Positions 1-10,485 of a DNA stretch of 64,000 nucleotides are shown in pieces. A program made the position numbers and the translations under genes. Each line of letters starts with the position of its first letter. The stretch's first letter is position 1. The DNA is from an uncultured virus (IMG/VR IMGVR_UViG_3300017785_009958) (lineage: Duplodnaviria; Heunggongvirae; Uroviricota; Caudoviricetes), in the IMG/VR virus record IMGVR_UViG_3300017785_009958. One strand, written 5' to 3'. The notes beneath the pieces were generated by a model. It had not been told where the DNA came from. It searched no databases and saw nothing but the letters and a program-made list of their open reading frames with translations.

Positions 1-19
1 AGAGAATAAATAATTCAAG

Positions 20-925
20 ATGAATAAAGATAGCAAACTAATATTTGAAGCGTATTTAACAAAGAAACCTGTATTAAATGAAGCTCCAATATATGGACCA
101 GGAGATTTAGACTATACTAGCGACATAGAAAGTGCTCCAGGCGGTGGATATGGTGTAGGAACTGCAGCAGCAAAAGAAGGTAAAACGAAAACAGAAATTG
201 CCAACCGTATTCTTAATGCTGTCAAAACAAAACTTTTTAAACCTGCAGCACATACAATTGACGGAAAAGAATACCAACTCTACTATCCTGGTAGCAAAAT
301 GAAGTTTAGAACGGAACTAGAAAATTTAATTAAAAATGAACTTAAAATAGGTGGTACAGCAGCAAAATATACAGCGCGAGTAATTGACAACCTACTTAAC
401 GTCCTGCGTGTTGATGTTGAAGGTGGCGCTGCGGCATCACCCGTACAAGTTAAGAAAGCTATTGACACAGGCGTACAAGATAAACCAATAACAGGTGATG
501 GTACTGCGCAACCCGCCACTTCTCAAGCTACAGCAAACGCTTTCGTAAAGAATCCTATGGTACGCTTTATTAAAGAGTTTATGCCAATTTTTGTTGAGCT
601 ACCAGATGAAATTACAATTTCTGGAAAGAAAGATTTTTACGAGTCAGATGAACTTCAGAACGAAGTTAAAGAAGCTATTACAAGAGCTTACGATGAAACA
701 AAAGCTAAGGATAAAGAGCTTATAAATGATTTTATCGATTCATTAAAGCATAAAAATAGTTATACACCACAATCAGAAGCCAAGCAACAAGAAGGTGAAG
801 GCACAGGAGAAGAGCCTACTATTGACGAATATCCAGAAGGTGATGATGTATATACTGCAGCTAAGCAAGAATTTGGATTAAGACAGGCACCAGTCGACAA
901 GGGTAATTTTAGTTACGGTGATTAA
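20..925 (+). CDS. Hypothetical late (probably virion/internal) protein
   Basis: 301-aa ORF; TAAATA at 7-12, 7 nt before the ATG; N-terminal KLIFEAY..VLNE resembles prohead-protease-cleaved leaders; acidic low-complexity C-terminus. Confidence 0.6.
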   Translation: MNKDSKLIFEAYLTKKPVLNEAPIYGPGDLDYTSDIESAPGGGYGVGTAAAKEGKTKTEIANRILNAVKTKLFKPAAHTIDGKEYQLYYPGSKMKFRTELENLIKNELKIGGTAAKYTARVIDNLLNVLRVDVEGGAAASPVQVKKAIDTGVQDKPITGDGTAQPATSQATANAFVKNPMVRFIKEFMPIFVELPDEITISGKKDFYESDELQNEVKEAITRAYDETKAKDKELINDFIDSLKHKNSYTPQSEAKQQEGEGTGEEPTIDEYPEGDDVYTAAKQEFGLRQAPVDKGNFSYGD

Positions 926-1658
926 TAGCTTTACAGTTATATTTTTTCCAAGGTAATGTAATTTTATATGAAATCGGGTCTATATACCCCGCATCTATAA
1001 AGCCTTTTATTCTTAAAGAGCACGCAGTACATTCACCGCAAGCCTGCTCTTCTCCCTCATAACAAGTCCATGTCTTACTGAAATCTACACCTAATTTAAT
1101 ACCGAGTTTTATAATTTCTTCCTTAGATTTATCGATTAATGGTGCTTGTACTGATATTTTATTTCTACGATTCAAAGCTGATACATTATTAATTTGCTCC
1201 AGAAATTCTTCACTACCATCCCAGAACCCCGCAACGCTATCAGCTTGAGCAGCACCATGAAAAACCGTGCTAGCCCCAGCGTTCTCTGCTATTGCTAGTG
1301 AAATACTAAGAAGCATTAAGTTTCTGTACGGGACATAGTTTACCGTCTGCGGGTCACCCATTACATCTTTAGCCTTAGCCACAGCAATCTTAGTATTAAG
1401 AAGTGAAGAGACCTCGCAAATACTCTTAAAAAACGGTAAATCTATCCACTTATACTCGACAGGTACTTTAACCGATTCAACTTGTAAAGCAGCGCAGTTA
1501 AGCTCTTTGTCCTTGTGCTTCTGACCGTAATTGTAACTGATTGCTATAATTTCGTCATACCGACTCGCAGCTAAATGTAACAGTACAGAGCTGTCCATTC
1601 CCCCGGAAATAGGTACTACTGCTTTACTCGACTGGTGCTTCTTCGCTTGGCGCTTCAT
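909..1658 (-). CDS. queC: 7-cyano-7-deazaguanine (preQ0) synthase QueC
   Basis: SGGMDS PP-loop, YGQKH, YVPYRN, and the C-terminal Zn motif TWTCY...CGECTAC. Confidence 0.95.
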   Translation of the reverse strand: MKRQAKKHQSSKAVVPISGGMDSSVLLHLAASRYDEIIAISYNYGQKHKDKELNCAALQVESVKVPVEYKWIDLPFFKSICEVSSLLNTKIAVAKAKDVMGDPQTVNYVPYRNLMLLSISLAIAENAGASTVFHGAAQADSVAGFWDGSEEFLEQINNVSALNRRNKISVQAPLIDKSKEEIIKLGIKLGVDFSKTWTCYEGEEQACGECTACSLRIKGFIDAGYIDPISYKITLPWKKYNCKAINHRN

Positions 1659-2742
1659 TTAAGTTATATTTGTATTCCTCTGTTAAGCGCTTGTCGAGTT
1701 CTGGAATAATAAACTCCTCGTAGAAAGCGGGGTCTTTTGCAAAAGTCTTTGCATAACCCAGTTTATCGCCCTTCTTATACTTACCGCTAGTAATACCGAC
1801 GGTATACGTAGCCCCATTTTGTTCAACGATACCTCTTGCAGTCGCCATGCCGAGCAACCCGCTATACTTGTTAAGACCAGTCTTGAAAGAAAGATACATT
1901 TCTGTCTCTAAAAACGGTGGAAGGAACCTATTTTTAACAGTTAGCGCACGAAGTGTTGTGCCGCTATACTTATTGGCTTCTGCAAGCTTCTTATCATCAG
2001 CATCCATAGAATCACCCTCACCTTCCTTCTCATGACGCTTGGCAAGCTGTACAAGAATACTAGCCATATATACAGGGCCAGAACCACCAGCTTGGTTTTT
2101 TACGAGACTAGGGAACATTGAGGCAGGATCTTCGTATGTATGGTTAGTAAACAAAATAGTAACGCCGGCCTTAGCCGCTTTAAAGGTCAAAGTACGAAAC
2201 ATGCTCTTTAAAGATTTTGCACGAAGACCCATATCTGATGCGGATTTATCTTTAGCTACGTCATCAAGCTCTTTTTGTGAGGCAAGGTTACCTAAACTAT
2301 CGATACTAATAATAAACTTACCCCTCGCGTTATTTTCGATTACGCTATCAAGAAAAGCACTAATCTGATTACGGCATTGATCAATAGTGTCTACCGGTAC
2401 ATATTTTGTACCTTCAGGATCTAATCCCACTCCTTTTGTACTATTCTCATCAATAGCAATCTCGGTGTCAAATATGACAGGAGTAAGACCTCTCTTTTGG
2501 GCAGTGGCAAGAATCTTGTTGACAATAAACGTCTTACCGGTTTGACTGGGTCCAGAAAAACCAGTTATTCTTCCCTTAGGTACGCCACCATCACGACAAC
2601 TGCCGCCAAGAATAGCGTTAAGAGCATAACATCCAGTATCAAACCACTCATCAACTTTGCTAAGTGCATTTTCATTTAACATCGAAGCCTCGCTGTTAAG
2701 TTTATCTAACGACGCGAATATTTTATTAAGATCTTTACTCAT
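1624..2742 (-). CDS. uvsX: UvsX RecA-like recombinase
   Basis: Walker A GPSQTGKT, DTE, IDSLGNLAS, TNHTY, GGSG; typical T4 UvsX. Confidence 0.93.
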   Translation of the reverse strand: MSKDLNKIFASLDKLNSEASMLNENALSKVDEWFDTGCYALNAILGGSCRDGGVPKGRITGFSGPSQTGKTFIVNKILATAQKRGLTPVIFDTEIAIDENSTKGVGLDPEGTKYVPVDTIDQCRNQISAFLDSVIENNARGKFIISIDSLGNLASQKELDDVAKDKSASDMGLRAKSLKSMFRTLTFKAAKAGVTILFTNHTYEDPASMFPSLVKNQAGGSGPVYMASILVQLAKRHEKEGEGDSMDADDKKLAEANKYSGTTLRALTVKNRFLPPFLETEMYLSFKTGLNKYSGLLGMATARGIVEQNGATYTVGITSGKYKKGDKLGYAKTFAKDPAFYEEFIIPELDKRLTEEYKYNLNEAPSEEAPVE

Positions 2743-2784
2743 AGATCTAGTATATATGAAGTATATTTAAAAACAAGTAAAAAA

Positions 2785-3144
2785 TTACTCGTCAAACAAC
2801 TTAATTACTTTTTCGTCGCCGGAATTGCCTGCAGTAGGAGCTACTGTGGCAGCAAACAACTTGTTATACTGATCAACAAGTCTAGGATCGTTGTCAATAT
2901 CTTGACCGAGAACGATCGTTGCGAGGTTAAACTTCCAAACAGTTTCATTCTTTGATTTATCACCAATAAACTCACGGAAATAAAGTGGAATGGTCTGTAC
3001 ATTAAGTTGACCCTGTTGTGTGGGCTGTACATGAATAATGGCGGGGTTCTTTACTGTAAGAGATGTCTTGTCAGAATCTACTTGTTCAGCTAGGATTGTT
3101 CTTCCGATGTGATCAATAAAAGTAACTAAATTTTGTTTGCTCAT
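2785..3144 (-). CDS. Conserved hypothetical protein between gp43 and uvsX (possibly Sm-like fold)
   Basis: 119-aa ORF with own sigma70-like promoter; LTVKNPA pattern; syntenic position seen in T4-like phages. Confidence 0.55.
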   Translation of the reverse strand: MSKQNLVTFIDHIGRTILAEQVDSDKTSLTVKNPAIIHVQPTQQGQLNVQTIPLYFREFIGDKSKNETVWKFNLATIVLGQDIDNDPRLVDQYNKLFAATVAPTAGNSGDEKVIKLFDE

Positions 3145-3181
3145 ACAACTAATTTAAAATAAGAAAAAAGAAAATCAACTG

Positions 3182-5770
3182 TTAAACAGCAAGAAGATCA
3201 AATAAATCTGTTTGTACCTGTGTTCCTGGTGTTTGTAGTTTCCAATTAACAGCTTCATAAAATCTTTCAATAACAGAAAAGATAATTTTCTCAAACATTA
3301 GTTCATAGTTCAATGCAAAGACGCTCTCGAACTCTTTAGGAAAATCATATTTGTATCCAATAACAGAAATACCAAATTTATTAGGCTGCTGAGCATAAAA
3401 GTATCTTACCTTATCACCAGATGATATTTTTTCATATTTTTTACCGGTATTAAATCTATCCAATAATATATTGTGATAATATGCAGCTTTTACATGAATA
3501 GGCATATGTTTGGCAGTATTAAACCCATCGCACTGCGCAGCATACTTTTCATAGCCCTTTATACCCATTACAAAAGCTACATCTTGAATTGGAAGCTTCT
3601 TGAAAATATCATACGTTTCATTAAAAATTTTGTTAGTGGTTGCAAGGTCTTTTGATAGGAGCATTGTTTCAATAATCTTTTTAACATACGGTTTAATCGG
3701 TGCAGGCATAGTCGTACGCACTACTTCTACGCCGGTATATTTGAACTTATCACACGGAATGCCTTCATCATCTAGAACATGTAATACGTATCTCTTTTTC
3801 TGTAAAAATAACCCTACATTAGCAATAGCCTCGCGCTTAAAAACTAGGCGACAGTCAATCGATCCAAGCGCTTGTTGCCCCCAAGTAACAATATGTTTAT
3901 TGAGATAGTCTTCGATATCTTGAACTTGTTTGTAGTATTCAGGTGTTATTTTTCCCTTCTTATCTAGCATACTAATACCTAGATGTTTGACAATATGCTT
4001 AATAGATATATATGAGCTGTCGGTATCATTATAAATAATTGGCGTATCTTTAGCTAATGTTTCATCAGTTAGTCCCGCTTTTTCCTTTACATACTCTACT
4101 AGTAATCTGTTTGATTCTTTAATGACTGCTTGGCCAGTTAGTGTAATCGATTCAGCGAGTTCATCATCGCCAAGAGGGCTATGCTTATTGCCAAAGTAGC
4201 CATAGATCGTATTAATTAAAATCTTTATTGTATGTTGAGTTATATTTAGATTATCTATCTCGTGCTTAAGTTTAGCATACTCTTCGGTTCCTTTTTCTAT
4301 ATGTAATATTTTTCTCTTTAGTGAAGCTAGAGCGCGTTTAATTTCTACGCGTTTTTTATAAAAATGATCTACTGTAACAGGTATGATACCTTTTTCTTTT
4401 TGCGTAAAGAGCACTTTTGCTTTTGAAATTGCAATTTTCTCTTTTATGATAAAGTTAACAAAGTTTTCATTAGTTAAAGTAAACGACTGACCATTTACAT
4501 GCTGAATAGTTACGCCTTTATCATCCTTATCAACAATCGTACCTACCTTAGTTTCAGGTGATAGGTTCAAAGTAATCATAACGTTGGGATATAGACTATT
4601 AGCGTCAAATGAAATTACATTTTCCTGAAACCCTTTTTGCGGTTCGCCGACGTATGCGCCGGCGTTCTGTTCATTATTTTGCTGATCTTTCTTATTAAAG
4701 GTCGGTATACGTTGTCCTCTTGTACGTGCTCTAATTGTACATAAACCGGTAATAACAGAAAGAGAACCAAGCGCGCCTTCAAATGTGGTAAGGCCGGCAT
4801 ATGCAATCATACGAAGTAGCTCCAGATACTGTAATTTCTCTTCTAGTCTTACCAGCAAATTAACGTCTTGAATGTTGTACTCAACAAACAGCTCCCAATT
4901 ATCATCGGCTAGACTTGCTAAGTTTGTATCTCCGTAATCTACTTTATTCTGACTAAGCTCTGTTTCACCAATTGCATCGAGTTTATACGATTCCCGCAAT
5001 ACGGGGCAAAACCGTTTATAAATATCAAGATAATCTACGCACGATACGCCTTCAATATGCCAGTGTACTTGCTCTCTTCCGAACTTACCCGTAAAGGTAA
5101 TTGGTCTTATATAGCCGACAGGTGATAATCTTTTTACTTCATCTTCTCCTAGAATACGTGTTATACGATTTACGATATAGGGCATATCGAAAAATTCACT
5201 ATTCCATCCAGACAGAATATCAGGGTAATCAGAACAAATATAATTAACAAATTTAGATAAAAGATCTTTTTCTGTTTTACAGTATATGTAGGTAAGCTGC
5301 TCGGTTTTTTTGTTATATGGTTTTAGCCCCCAAGTTATAAAATGTTTTCTGATAGAGTCATAAACAGTTATAATATTAATAGGATGCTGAGGATCGTCCG
5401 GTTTTGGAAACTCATCTGGGCTATACGTCTCGATATCAATAAAAAGCGTACGAATAGGGTGCTGGGTAAATTCAGGCTTCTCGTTCTGCTCCCAAAATGT
5501 ATCGATAAGAAATTGTTGCTGTACATTGATATTTTCAAAAATACGCGTTACTTTATTATCTTTTAAATACCGTGAGCGTTCTGCCTGATTGCGAAATCTC
5601 TTTTTCTTTAGCTTTGTATTAAAAATACTAGTACAATCTGGGTGATTATTTGTCTCTAAGTAAATATATGGCTCAAATGTTGTATCATAGGATATACGTT
5701 TGCCGTCATTGTCCCAAGTGAACAGACGCATCAATTGATCCTTCGGAAGATAGGCTACACCTCTATACAT
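3182..5770 (-). CDS. gp43: Family B DNA polymerase (T4 gp43-like)
   Basis: Exonuclease motifs DIET, GWNSEFFD, SYKLD, YNIQD; polymerase motifs DANSLYP, KILINTIYG, YNDTDS, KKRY; C-terminal clamp-binding LFDLL. Confidence 0.97.
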   Translation of the reverse strand: MYRGVAYLPKDQLMRLFTWDNDGKRISYDTTFEPYIYLETNNHPDCTSIFNTKLKKKRFRNQAERSRYLKDNKVTRIFENINVQQQFLIDTFWEQNEKPEFTQHPIRTLFIDIETYSPDEFPKPDDPQHPINIITVYDSIRKHFITWGLKPYNKKTEQLTYIYCKTEKDLLSKFVNYICSDYPDILSGWNSEFFDMPYIVNRITRILGEDEVKRLSPVGYIRPITFTGKFGREQVHWHIEGVSCVDYLDIYKRFCPVLRESYKLDAIGETELSQNKVDYGDTNLASLADDNWELFVEYNIQDVNLLVRLEEKLQYLELLRMIAYAGLTTFEGALGSLSVITGLCTIRARTRGQRIPTFNKKDQQNNEQNAGAYVGEPQKGFQENVISFDANSLYPNVMITLNLSPETKVGTIVDKDDKGVTIQHVNGQSFTLTNENFVNFIIKEKIAISKAKVLFTQKEKGIIPVTVDHFYKKRVEIKRALASLKRKILHIEKGTEEYAKLKHEIDNLNITQHTIKILINTIYGYFGNKHSPLGDDELAESITLTGQAVIKESNRLLVEYVKEKAGLTDETLAKDTPIIYNDTDSSYISIKHIVKHLGISMLDKKGKITPEYYKQVQDIEDYLNKHIVTWGQQALGSIDCRLVFKREAIANVGLFLQKKRYVLHVLDDEGIPCDKFKYTGVEVVRTTMPAPIKPYVKKIIETMLLSKDLATTNKIFNETYDIFKKLPIQDVAFVMGIKGYEKYAAQCDGFNTAKHMPIHVKAAYYHNILLDRFNTGKKYEKISSGDKVRYFYAQQPNKFGISVIGYKYDFPKEFESVFALNYELMFEKIIFSVIERFYEAVNWKLQTPGTQVQTDLFDLLAV

Positions 5771-5806
5771 TCCATGTATTATATAACAGGCAAAATATTA
5801 AACAAC

Positions 5807-6364
5807 TCAATTGTAAATTATTAACATCTTATCATGGCTAAAAATCTTTACATCCTTGATGCCCAAGTTGGTTTTGGCAGTTTCATCCAAATTTAAAAAA
5901 TAATGTTTTGTTGGTGAACTGCATGCAGGATGTAGGTCCTCAATGATGTACATGCCGTTGGGTGTCAAGCATTTGTACAGCTTGTTGAAGCATATCATGT
6001 GATGTTCATGTATGTGAATGCCATCATCAATTATAACATCATATGGCTTGTTGTTGACCAACACATCCAACGTTTCAGCCTTGCTTGTATCGCCTACAAA
6101 TGTACTCACACGGGGTATTTGAAAATGACTACAATCCACAATATCAAAACCGTGGATTTCAGCTTTAGTGAAGTATTCAGATAGAACTCTCAAGGATGCA
6201 CCGGGGCATCTTGGGTCTGCAATACCAATCTCTAAAATCTTTAGTGCACTGTCTTTTATGGGGCCAAATTGCTCATCATAAACCAAGCTATAACTGTGTT
6301 GATCGCCAAACTCTGTTCCTTTGTCTGTGTTGTATTTGTTACATAATTCAGTAAAATTGAGCAT
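5807..6364 (-). CDS. Class I SAM-dependent methyltransferase (sugar O-methyltransferase-like)
   Basis: TDKG..H.Y, LEIGI, GFDI, DVIIDDG.H, G.YIIEDL; late TAAATA 5 nt upstream (6370-6375). Confidence 0.8.
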   Translation of the reverse strand: MLNFTELCNKYNTDKGTEFGDQHSYSLVYDEQFGPIKDSALKILEIGIADPRCPGASLRVLSEYFTKAEIHGFDIVDCSHFQIPRVSTFVGDTSKAETLDVLVNNKPYDVIIDDGIHIHEHHMICFNKLYKCLTPNGMYIIEDLHPACSSPTKHYFLNLDETAKTNLGIKDVKIFSHDKMLIIYN

Positions 6365-6382
6365 AAACTTATTTATGGTTAG

Positions 6383-7594
6383 TTATAAGCCGTTTATGGC
6401 ATTGATGAGTTTGCGCTCTTTGGATCCATATGGATGTGTATATAGCTCAGCATATTTGTTTAGATTGTCGTCGTTTTCTAGCCATCTCTCTTCGGCCACT
6501 TTTCTATACTTAGCAGATAGGTTCATATACCTACCTTTCTTGGCTAATGTATCTTCGATACAACCAATCATCTCATCACCTGTCTTAAACTTAATTGGCG
6601 CTTCAGAATAGGTAATAAGGTCCTGACATGCAATTGGTAGACCAAAACAACATGCTTCAATATACTTTAGATCGCTTTTAGCTTTGTTAAAGGTATTGTC
6701 CTGCAGCGGAGCAACCAACATATTAACACGAAGATTATAAATTTTTTCCGGGTAAGAATAAAGTTGTTGCCATGTATGAAACTCGAGATCGCCATTAGAA
6801 ATATAGGGGTGAAGCGGGAGCGGAAATGCACCTAAAAACACCCATCTATATTTATGCCTTGTTTTGATAATAGCATCACACACATGAGCAAAGTCATCAT
6901 TCTGACCAACACGATTGTCGACATCAAAGTGTGCACCGGAGCCTGCATATAAAATACGAGGGCGCTTATCATTGGCATCATAATTTTCAGAAATACGTCT
7001 TTCGTTATAGAAATTACCCATCCAAAACTTTGGCGGATAGTTGGGAATAACAGTAACATTTTTATTGCCCGTTTTATCGATATAATACTGTTTCATAAAA
7101 TCACATGTTACAGTAATTTCATCGCACATCTCCATGATTGTTTGCGCTGTTCGACGAATCTCTGGATCAGTAAATGCAGGCTTAAACTTATTATATTCTG
7201 GAATATCTTCACTAAAAACTAGGTCGTCAATTTCATAAATTAACTTAAATCCAACCTTACTGCTCATTTCTTTAAGAAACTTAATAAACTGCAATTGGGA
7301 AGTTGTAGCTTGGCGCTGAATACGAACAGCCTTAACACCGCGATAATAATTAGGATCAAAACACATAACTGTACTTCCATGTACAATGAGCTTTTGATGT
7401 GCATTAAGCATATGCTCTGGCCATATCATTCTCCAAAACCCACAGCCGCTATAATCTGCATAGTAATTTAAGCAGCGCGATAAATCAAGCTCAGGAGGTC
7501 TTGGTAAACTTTGTTGTGGCGATGCAGGTACCTGCGATGGAAATGGTGAAGGAAAGGGAGAAGCAAAAGGCGAAGCAAAAGGACTTGGATGCAT
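6383..7594 (-). CDS. Glycosyltransferase (GT-B/GT4-like) with Pro-rich N-terminal repeat
   Basis: GCGFWRM.WP, YEIDD, APLQDNTFNKAKSDLKYIEA; N-terminal SPFASPFASPFPSPFPS. Confidence 0.8.
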   Translation of the reverse strand: MHPSPFASPFASPFPSPFPSQVPASPQQSLPRPPELDLSRCLNYYADYSGCGFWRMIWPEHMLNAHQKLIVHGSTVMCFDPNYYRGVKAVRIQRQATTSQLQFIKFLKEMSSKVGFKLIYEIDDLVFSEDIPEYNKFKPAFTDPEIRRTAQTIMEMCDEITVTCDFMKQYYIDKTGNKNVTVIPNYPPKFWMGNFYNERRISENYDANDKRPRILYAGSGAHFDVDNRVGQNDDFAHVCDAIIKTRHKYRWVFLGAFPLPLHPYISNGDLEFHTWQQLYSYPEKIYNLRVNMLVAPLQDNTFNKAKSDLKYIEACCFGLPIACQDLITYSEAPIKFKTGDEMIGCIEDTLAKKGRYMNLSAKYRKVAEERWLENDDNLNKYAELYTHPYGSKERKLINAINGL

Positions 7595-7603
7595 ATTATA
7601 ATA

Positions 7604-9415
7604 TTAACTACTATACTCAATATAATCAACTCGACGGGTAATACCGTTATTTTTTTCTAGAAAAATAATATCGCCTGTAGCAGCTTTAATACTCTCTTTT
7701 CTATGACTAATTACCATAATACATTCATTATATTTTTCAACGCGCTCTTTTAATATACTAATTACAAGCTCCACGCCTCTTTCATCAAGGCTCGAATCAA
7801 AGAGCTCATCATATATGCTAAAGTTAAAAGATACATCACCTTGAAGCCTTCTAATATCCATAAACGTAAAGAGACATGCAAGATCAACATTCTTACGCTC
7901 TGCGCCGCTAAAGTTAAAATAGGAGCAAGGTTTACCTTTGTTATCAACAATCTCTTCTTCAAAATACTCGTTAAATGTACAAATGCAATTAGCATCCATC
8001 TTTTTAAGATAATAAGCAAGCTTACTATTAAAGAGTTGTAGAATCTTTTTAACAATGTAGGATTTTACACCTTCTTCAGAAACTATAAATTTTACAACGT
8101 CAAGGGTATTAAGCTTTTCCTTTAATTTCTCTATTTCTGCTTTAACACCATCCAATCGATTGGCTTGGTCGGTAATAAGTGCGTCGTGTGTATTAGTATC
8201 TGTTTCTAAATCTTTTAAGTCCTGCTCAAGCTCTATCTGCCATTGATTAAGCTGTTTAAGGCGATCGTCGAGATTTTGCTTTTCTGTAATTTTATGTTTA
8301 ATGGAGTTAATACTGTCTTTTAAATGCTGTATTTTAGTTTCGACTTTAGTCTGCAGCCCGAGTAACTGCTTCTCTTCTTTCTTTAATTCAACAATTTTTC
8401 CTTCATGTACTTCTATCTCATCGTTAATTTTCTTTTTTTCGTTTTTAATATGATTACGATCCGTGTCTTCAATCGATCTTAAACATGTAGGGCAAACATC
8501 TTTTTCTGTACCAACAGAAGTAAGTTTTTTATTATTTTGATTTATCAGTGTCTGATTCTCGCTAATAGAATGTCTTGCGTCTTGTATTTTTTTATCTAGC
8601 TTTAGATTACTTGTATTATACTCTTCTATCTCTTTTTTTAATTCGTTAGCGTCGGGTATTTCAAATTTTTCGAGGTTCTTAGTAATTTCCTTTATTTCTT
8701 TTGTATTGCTTTCTTGCCGACCAAGATATTTTTCTTTTTTTCTAGCCCTCTCTTGCGAAAGAGTTTCTTGTTGCTTTTTATGTGTAAGTATGTTTTTTTC
8801 TATCTCATCATGCTTGATAGCTTCCATATCAAACTGCTTCTTGTGTTCACTTATATCTGCTTTAAGCAAATTTAACATATCACTAAAAATACTAAGGTTA
8901 AAAATATCCTCAATAAACTTTCTCTTTTCTTGTTTTTTCTTAGCCATAAACGGAATTGTATTGTTTATGGTCATAATGACGCAGTTTTGAAATATCTCTG
9001 GCGTACAATTAAACTTCGACATAATAAATGAGTTAGTATTTGAGATACTATCTCTCGTCTTATCTTCTTTATCTACGTATATAAAACACTTAGAGGGTTC
9101 TAAGGTACGAATAATCTGTATTTGTTCTGTTTTATCAAACTGCTGTATTGTTACATCTAAGATAACTTCACAATTTTTCTTATTGACATTATTAATAACG
9201 TGCTCTTTTTTAAGATCTCTTAACGTTTCTCCAAAAACAGCAAAATAAACTGCATCAGCAATAGTTGATTTACCAACGCCGTTTCTCCTATCTTCTTTAT
9301 CTTTATTAATGCCCGTAATAATATGTAGACCTCTCTTAAAGTCTACAGTAACAGGGAGATTACCCACAGATAAAAAGTTTTTAATACTAATTTTATTAAA
9401 AGTAATATTCTTCAT
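7604..9415 (-). CDS. gp46: Recombination endonuclease ATPase subunit (gp46, Rad50/SbcC-like)
   Basis: NFLSVG, NGVGKST, Zn-hook CPTC, FSGAE, YDELFDSSLD, ISH. Confidence 0.95.
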   Translation of the reverse strand: MKNITFNKISIKNFLSVGNLPVTVDFKRGLHIITGINKDKEDRRNGVGKSTIADAVYFAVFGETLRDLKKEHVINNVNKKNCEVILDVTIQQFDKTEQIQIIRTLEPSKCFIYVDKEDKTRDSISNTNSFIMSKFNCTPEIFQNCVIMTINNTIPFMAKKKQEKRKFIEDIFNLSIFSDMLNLLKADISEHKKQFDMEAIKHDEIEKNILTHKKQQETLSQERARKKEKYLGRQESNTKEIKEITKNLEKFEIPDANELKKEIEEYNTSNLKLDKKIQDARHSISENQTLINQNNKKLTSVGTEKDVCPTCLRSIEDTDRNHIKNEKKKINDEIEVHEGKIVELKKEEKQLLGLQTKVETKIQHLKDSINSIKHKITEKQNLDDRLKQLNQWQIELEQDLKDLETDTNTHDALITDQANRLDGVKAEIEKLKEKLNTLDVVKFIVSEEGVKSYIVKKILQLFNSKLAYYLKKMDANCICTFNEYFEEEIVDNKGKPCSYFNFSGAERKNVDLACLFTFMDIRRLQGDVSFNFSIYDELFDSSLDERGVELVISILKERVEKYNECIMVISHRKESIKAATGDIIFLEKNNGITRRVDYIEYSS

Positions 9416-10485
9416 GTACTGTTAGCCCTTTTATAAAGATCTGTACAATAACGAGAAACGTCATCTTTTTTCTCTATGTCCAGCAAGGTAACGAACTCTT
9501 CAATTGCTTTGCTCATATCAACACCAGATAAGTCGTAAGCTTGCTCTTCATTAACAGTTATGGCATCGTTATATAGCGAATAATCAACCGATAAATTAAA
9601 AGGCTTATGTGCAGATATTTTCTGTAAAAGCAGATCAATACTATCACTTGTAATTTTCTTATCAACTACAAGTTTAATAATATTATTACCTACTGCTGCT
9701 CTTACTTCAGCTGCTGTAAGAGTTTTAAATGTAGTAAGATCGGTTAACGATAATTTCTTATGTTTAGGTGAAAGTTCATTTTCAAAAAACGAATAGCTAA
9801 GATCATTAAAATCTAAGATGTAATATCCTTTGACAGAGCCGGTATCACCAAAATCCATTTCAAAAGGATTACCGACATACAAAATAGTTTTCTTATCATA
9901 CTTTCTTTCATCCCTTAGATGAAAATGACCGGTCATAATTAAATCTGCCTTTGCAAGCAGATCAGAGGTTTTCATACCATGATCGCAGTGCTTATGGCTA
10001 TTCATCTTAAAGCTCTCAATCTCTAAATGCCCAAAAATCACATCAGACTTCTCAACATCTCTTACATCTGCACCCCAAGGTAAAAATGTACATTGCTTAC
10101 CGTAGATTGTATATGTCGCGGGCTCACTTATAATTTGTATATTTTTCCATCCATTAAGAATAGAGAGTGAGTTAATATCAGATCTATCTTTATAAAACGC
10201 GTCGTGATTACCGACGAGAATAACTATATTAAACTCATCCCATAAATTAAGAATTTGATTTACGACATGAATCGTATTTACAGCAATTTCATCACGATAG
10301 TGATATAGATCCCCGAGTATAAAAATGTCTTTTATTTTCTTTTTATTGAGATCGTCACGAAGCCATTCGGCCCATTTAATAGCCGTTTCATGCCAAAAAA
10401 TACTATTCTGATGTACGCCAATATGAAGATCGGCAATACAACAGACTTTATTACTTTTTGTTATAAGTTCTTTTTTATTTTTCAC
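9412..10485 (-). CDS. gp47: Recombination endonuclease nuclease subunit (gp47, Mre11/SbcD-like)
   Basis: DLHIG, LGD, GNHD, GHLE, GHFH metallophosphoesterase motifs; adjacent to gp46. Confidence 0.95.
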   Translation of the reverse strand: MKNKKELITKSNKVCCIADLHIGVHQNSIFWHETAIKWAEWLRDDLNKKKIKDIFILGDLYHYRDEIAVNTIHVVNQILNLWDEFNIVILVGNHDAFYKDRSDINSLSILNGWKNIQIISEPATYTIYGKQCTFLPWGADVRDVEKSDVIFGHLEIESFKMNSHKHCDHGMKTSDLLAKADLIMTGHFHLRDERKYDKKTILYVGNPFEMDFGDTGSVKGYYILDFNDLSYSFFENELSPKHKKLSLTDLTTFKTLTAAEVRAAVGNNIIKLVVDKKITSDSIDLLLQKISAHKPFNLSVDYSLYNDAITVNEEQAYDLSGVDMSKAIEEFVTLLDIEKKDDVSRYCTDLYKRANST

